This document shows positions 61,310 to 64,000 of a DNA stretch of 64,000 nt, in pieces (the first letter of the stretch is position 1; each line of letters begins with the position of its first letter). The DNA is taken from assembly GCA_013265495.1 (NCBI GenBank), contig MU057711.1:1054001-1118000 (forward strand), written 5' to 3'. A program made the translations under genes and the position numbers. The DNA comes from Vicugna vicugna. Taxonomy: Eukaryota. A model generated the notes under the pieces. It saw only the letters and a program-made list of their open reading frames with translations, had not been told where the DNA came from and searched no databases.

Positions 61310-61750
61310 ACCTAGAAAGTCTCATTTGATTCCTCACGATACCTTTGTGAGACAGGTAGGTGAAATCAAGTTCATCTTGCAAACTAAGAATCAGTGAGAT
61401 TGAGTGACTTTCTGAAGGTCACAGAGGCAAGGCTTATGCCTGGTCTCTCGTCTGCACCCAGACGTGAGTTTCTACAGCAAGGATCATGTGTCTCCTGCCT
61501 TGTCTTCCCCAGAATGTCCCCCAGACCCTGTTGTGGAAAAGACCCTACTGAGATTTTCTGTCTTGACAGGGTCAGTAGCAAAGTGGATGGAGCCATGGAA
61601 TCTCCTCCTGAGGGCCTGTGTCAAGATAGGCTCCATTCAAGTGGCCTTAGGCAGATCTCATCCCCTCACAAGCCTCAGCCTCCTCATCTGTAAAATGCAG
61701 GGCTTGGATATGGCCTTAAGAATCTTTCCAGCTTTGATGGAGCATTCTCT
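61310..61750. mobile_element. MIR relics (61310-61450 -, 61600-61750 +)
   Basis: ctcatttgattcctcacgatacctttgtgag...gagtgactttctgaaggtcacag; gcctcagcctcctcatctgtaaaatg. Confidence 0.7.
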
Positions 61751-62252
61751 GATGTCCATTGTGGACTGAAAAATAATTGTCTTTTATGCTCCACATGTAA
61801 CTTTCTACTTCTCAGGCCACCTGTTGTATAGTGTCAACAGTGCCTCATCTATCAGACACTGTTGTAATAAGGACACAATTTGTGGCTGCAATTTCCACTT
61901 TATGGCAATATCTGATTTACACGACGTATTTTGAAAGCGTGTCACTTGTAAAGTGCGTATCTGCCAGGAGCCTGCTCTTTGGCAATGACTTTCCAGCAAG
62001 GTCAGAGAAAGTGCCCAAATTTAAGTAAACAAGCAGCAGGCAAGTTTTCAACACTAAAGCCTCCATCTCATGCTGGGGAGGGATGTTGCATCTCCGTGGG
62101 GGATGATGACTGCTCTCCCATATTCAGAAACAAAGACCTTCCGGCTAGGTAGATCAAGATGATGGAAACTTTTTTGACAGGTGCTCTCAAATTCTGAATG
62201 GGGAGGGTGGAGCTGTGCAAAAGCCTGCATTTGTACCAAATGAGGGGGCTCC

Positions 62253-62518
62253 TAAAGGTCAATTTGTCAATGATCAGTTAACAGAGAATCAGTTCACCCA
62301 ATGACCAGTTCACTGAGTATCCAATTGATTGATTATTTTGGTGGAAATTTTAAGGCAAATATTCGAAGGGCAAGGGCAGAGTATGAGGCAGAAGCATCTA
62401 GTTTTCAAAAAAATTCTAATTTGGTGAATTTTTCTTGCTGTTCATTAGTCTTTTGGAAAACTGATCATGTTGCAAGTTAGCTTTTGATGAGCTGATTTTT
62501 GGCAAATTGGTCTGTTTC
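62253..62518. mobile_element. Ancient DNA-transposon-like element with long degenerate inverted ends built of ~15-bp repeats
   Basis: Left ggtcaatttgtcaatgatcagttaac... versus reverse complement of right gaccaatttgccaaaaatcagctcatc... Confidence 0.55.
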
Positions 62519-63479
62519 TGAGGGGTCAGTCCAGTCGGTTGGAGGTCTGCAACATTGACCTTTTGGTGCTGCTGATGCAGATTTTAAGTCCACCTAGCCC
62601 ATCCCTCTGCAGCCAGGCAGAGCATGCCTGAGCCTCAACCCACAGAAAGGAGAAAGAGATAGACGGTAAGATAGGGTGTATGTGATGAATCTAATTCTTG
62701 CCTTGCACACCCTGAGTAAAAGAGATTTTGAGGAATCTTTCTTGTTAATTCCAGCAGGAATTTAGTGGTGTTTGAAGGAGAGCCAAGCGGACATGAGCTT
62801 CTGGGAAACTTGATCCACTTGCAATCTTCTGAAGCCCTTTAGGCCATCCTTCAAACACCTCTGCTCCCATATTATGCTGCCAGGATTTTTTATAAATTCC
62901 CGTTATTGCTAGTGCAATAGGGACAGAAGCACTCACAGGCCAGAAACGACAAGGGAAGTGAGCATGTCTGTGATTAAGGCATCTGCTGACCTAACCTCTC
63001 TTGGACACTCCAAGGTCCAGTTAAGCAACCTGACATGGTGACTGACCATCTGGACAAAGGCTGCGGGAGAAGTGGGTGAACTTCAGTCCCAGGGATTTGG
63101 CTACTTGTTCAAAATCCTCCCAAAGGTCATTCAGCTGGTGAGGATTTCTTTTTGAGCCCTGTCTGGCCTGTGCAGCTTATCTTAGATGCGGACCAGACTC
63201 TGAAGCCTATAGCTCAGATCTGCAAGGCCCAGCTGTTCATTGCTATAGCCCCAGGGCCACCACTGTGTCAGGCTCGGTGAAGAGGCCCAATAATCACTCA
63301 TAAATGGATGGTGGCCTTGAGAGGAAGGCAGTCAGCAGGGTGCCTACTTTCCTCCCCCCACTGCTGGCTACTTTGTCACAACTGAGGACCTTCTCAGACC
63401 AGTTACAGATCATAGCGAGTGGCAGAGGGGGACTTCTCATTCCTGTAACGTGGACCTATTTCCTGGTGGTGGCACTGCC

Positions 63480-63910
63480 AACTACGCCCTTGAAAATTCC
63501 ATTCTCTTAGCCAGGAGTGCCCTCTCCTCCTTGTCAGTTATTTGTCTGAACTTCTCCTTCAATACCCAGCTCAAATGTCACTTTCTTGGTAAAACCTTCC
63601 CAGTTTTGCCAGGCTCAGATTACTTGTAACTGTGCTTATCAGTCTCTCCACTGTAGTAAAACCTTCAAAGACAGATATATCATCCTTATTCTCCTTTATG
63701 CATTCACTTGTTTAGAGATGGCTTACGTTTAAGAACACAACCTATGGATTTAGAGATAGCCTAGGTTTAAAGGCTAGTTGTGCAATTTATTGGTTGTATA
63801 ACTTATAGTAAGAGACTTAACCTATTTAAACCTGTTTCTTAAATGTGAGAGTGAACACAGTGGTAGTATTCCTCTTCTAGGGTTGTTGAAAAAATTAAGT
63901 GTGTTTGTCA
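63480..63910 (+). mobile_element. L2 (63480-63720) and MIR (63730-63910) relics
   Basis: tccttcaatacccagctcaaatgtcac; cttaacctatttaaacctgtttcttaaatgtg...tagggttgttg. Confidence 0.65.
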
Positions 63911-63921
63911 CTTCTTGGGCA

Positions 63922-64000
63922 CTTTTTTTATTGAAGTATAGTTTATTTACAATACTGTGTTACTTTCTGCTGTACAGCATAGTGATTCAGTTATATATAT
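63922..64000 (-). mobile_element. Cetartiodactyl-type L1 3' end (runs off the window)
   Basis: ttttttattgaagtatagtttatttacaatactgtg...gtgattcagttatatatat. Confidence 0.85.

Overview
This window is mammalian non-coding DNA with no protein-coding gene, RNA gene or CRISPR array that I can support. It is most likely camelid: there are five tRNA-derived SINEs resembling the camelid Vic-1 family, cetartiodactyl-type L1 3' ends, and no Alu, B1, BovB/Bov-A or PRE-1 was seen. It is dense with interspersed repeats. These include a large L1 cluster (about 9.4-24.6 kb, nearly all minus strand), many MIR and L2 relics, MaLR/ERVL/ERV1 solo LTRs and hAT DNA-transposon relics. The only recognisable protein homologies are decayed L1 ORF1/ORF2 and a short hAT transposase trace. 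The most notable structures are: (1) a 1.2-kb non-L1, poly(A)-tailed insertion splitting an old L1, carrying an older L2 relic and a candidate microexon (orphan transduction or unspliced retrocopy); (2) a 3-kb TSD-flanked composite L1 made of 5'UTR, complete ORF1, inverted scrambled ORF2 bits and an old L1MC-type 3' end (half-L1-like); (3) a perfect 29-bp tandem duplication of a CpG-containing hairpin with a TGACAG core inside a homeobox-motif-rich unique block; (4) several candidate enhancers and a CTCF site. Repeat family names come from visual recognition, not a database search. Boundaries are approximate (tens of bp) unless TSDs or termini are quoted.
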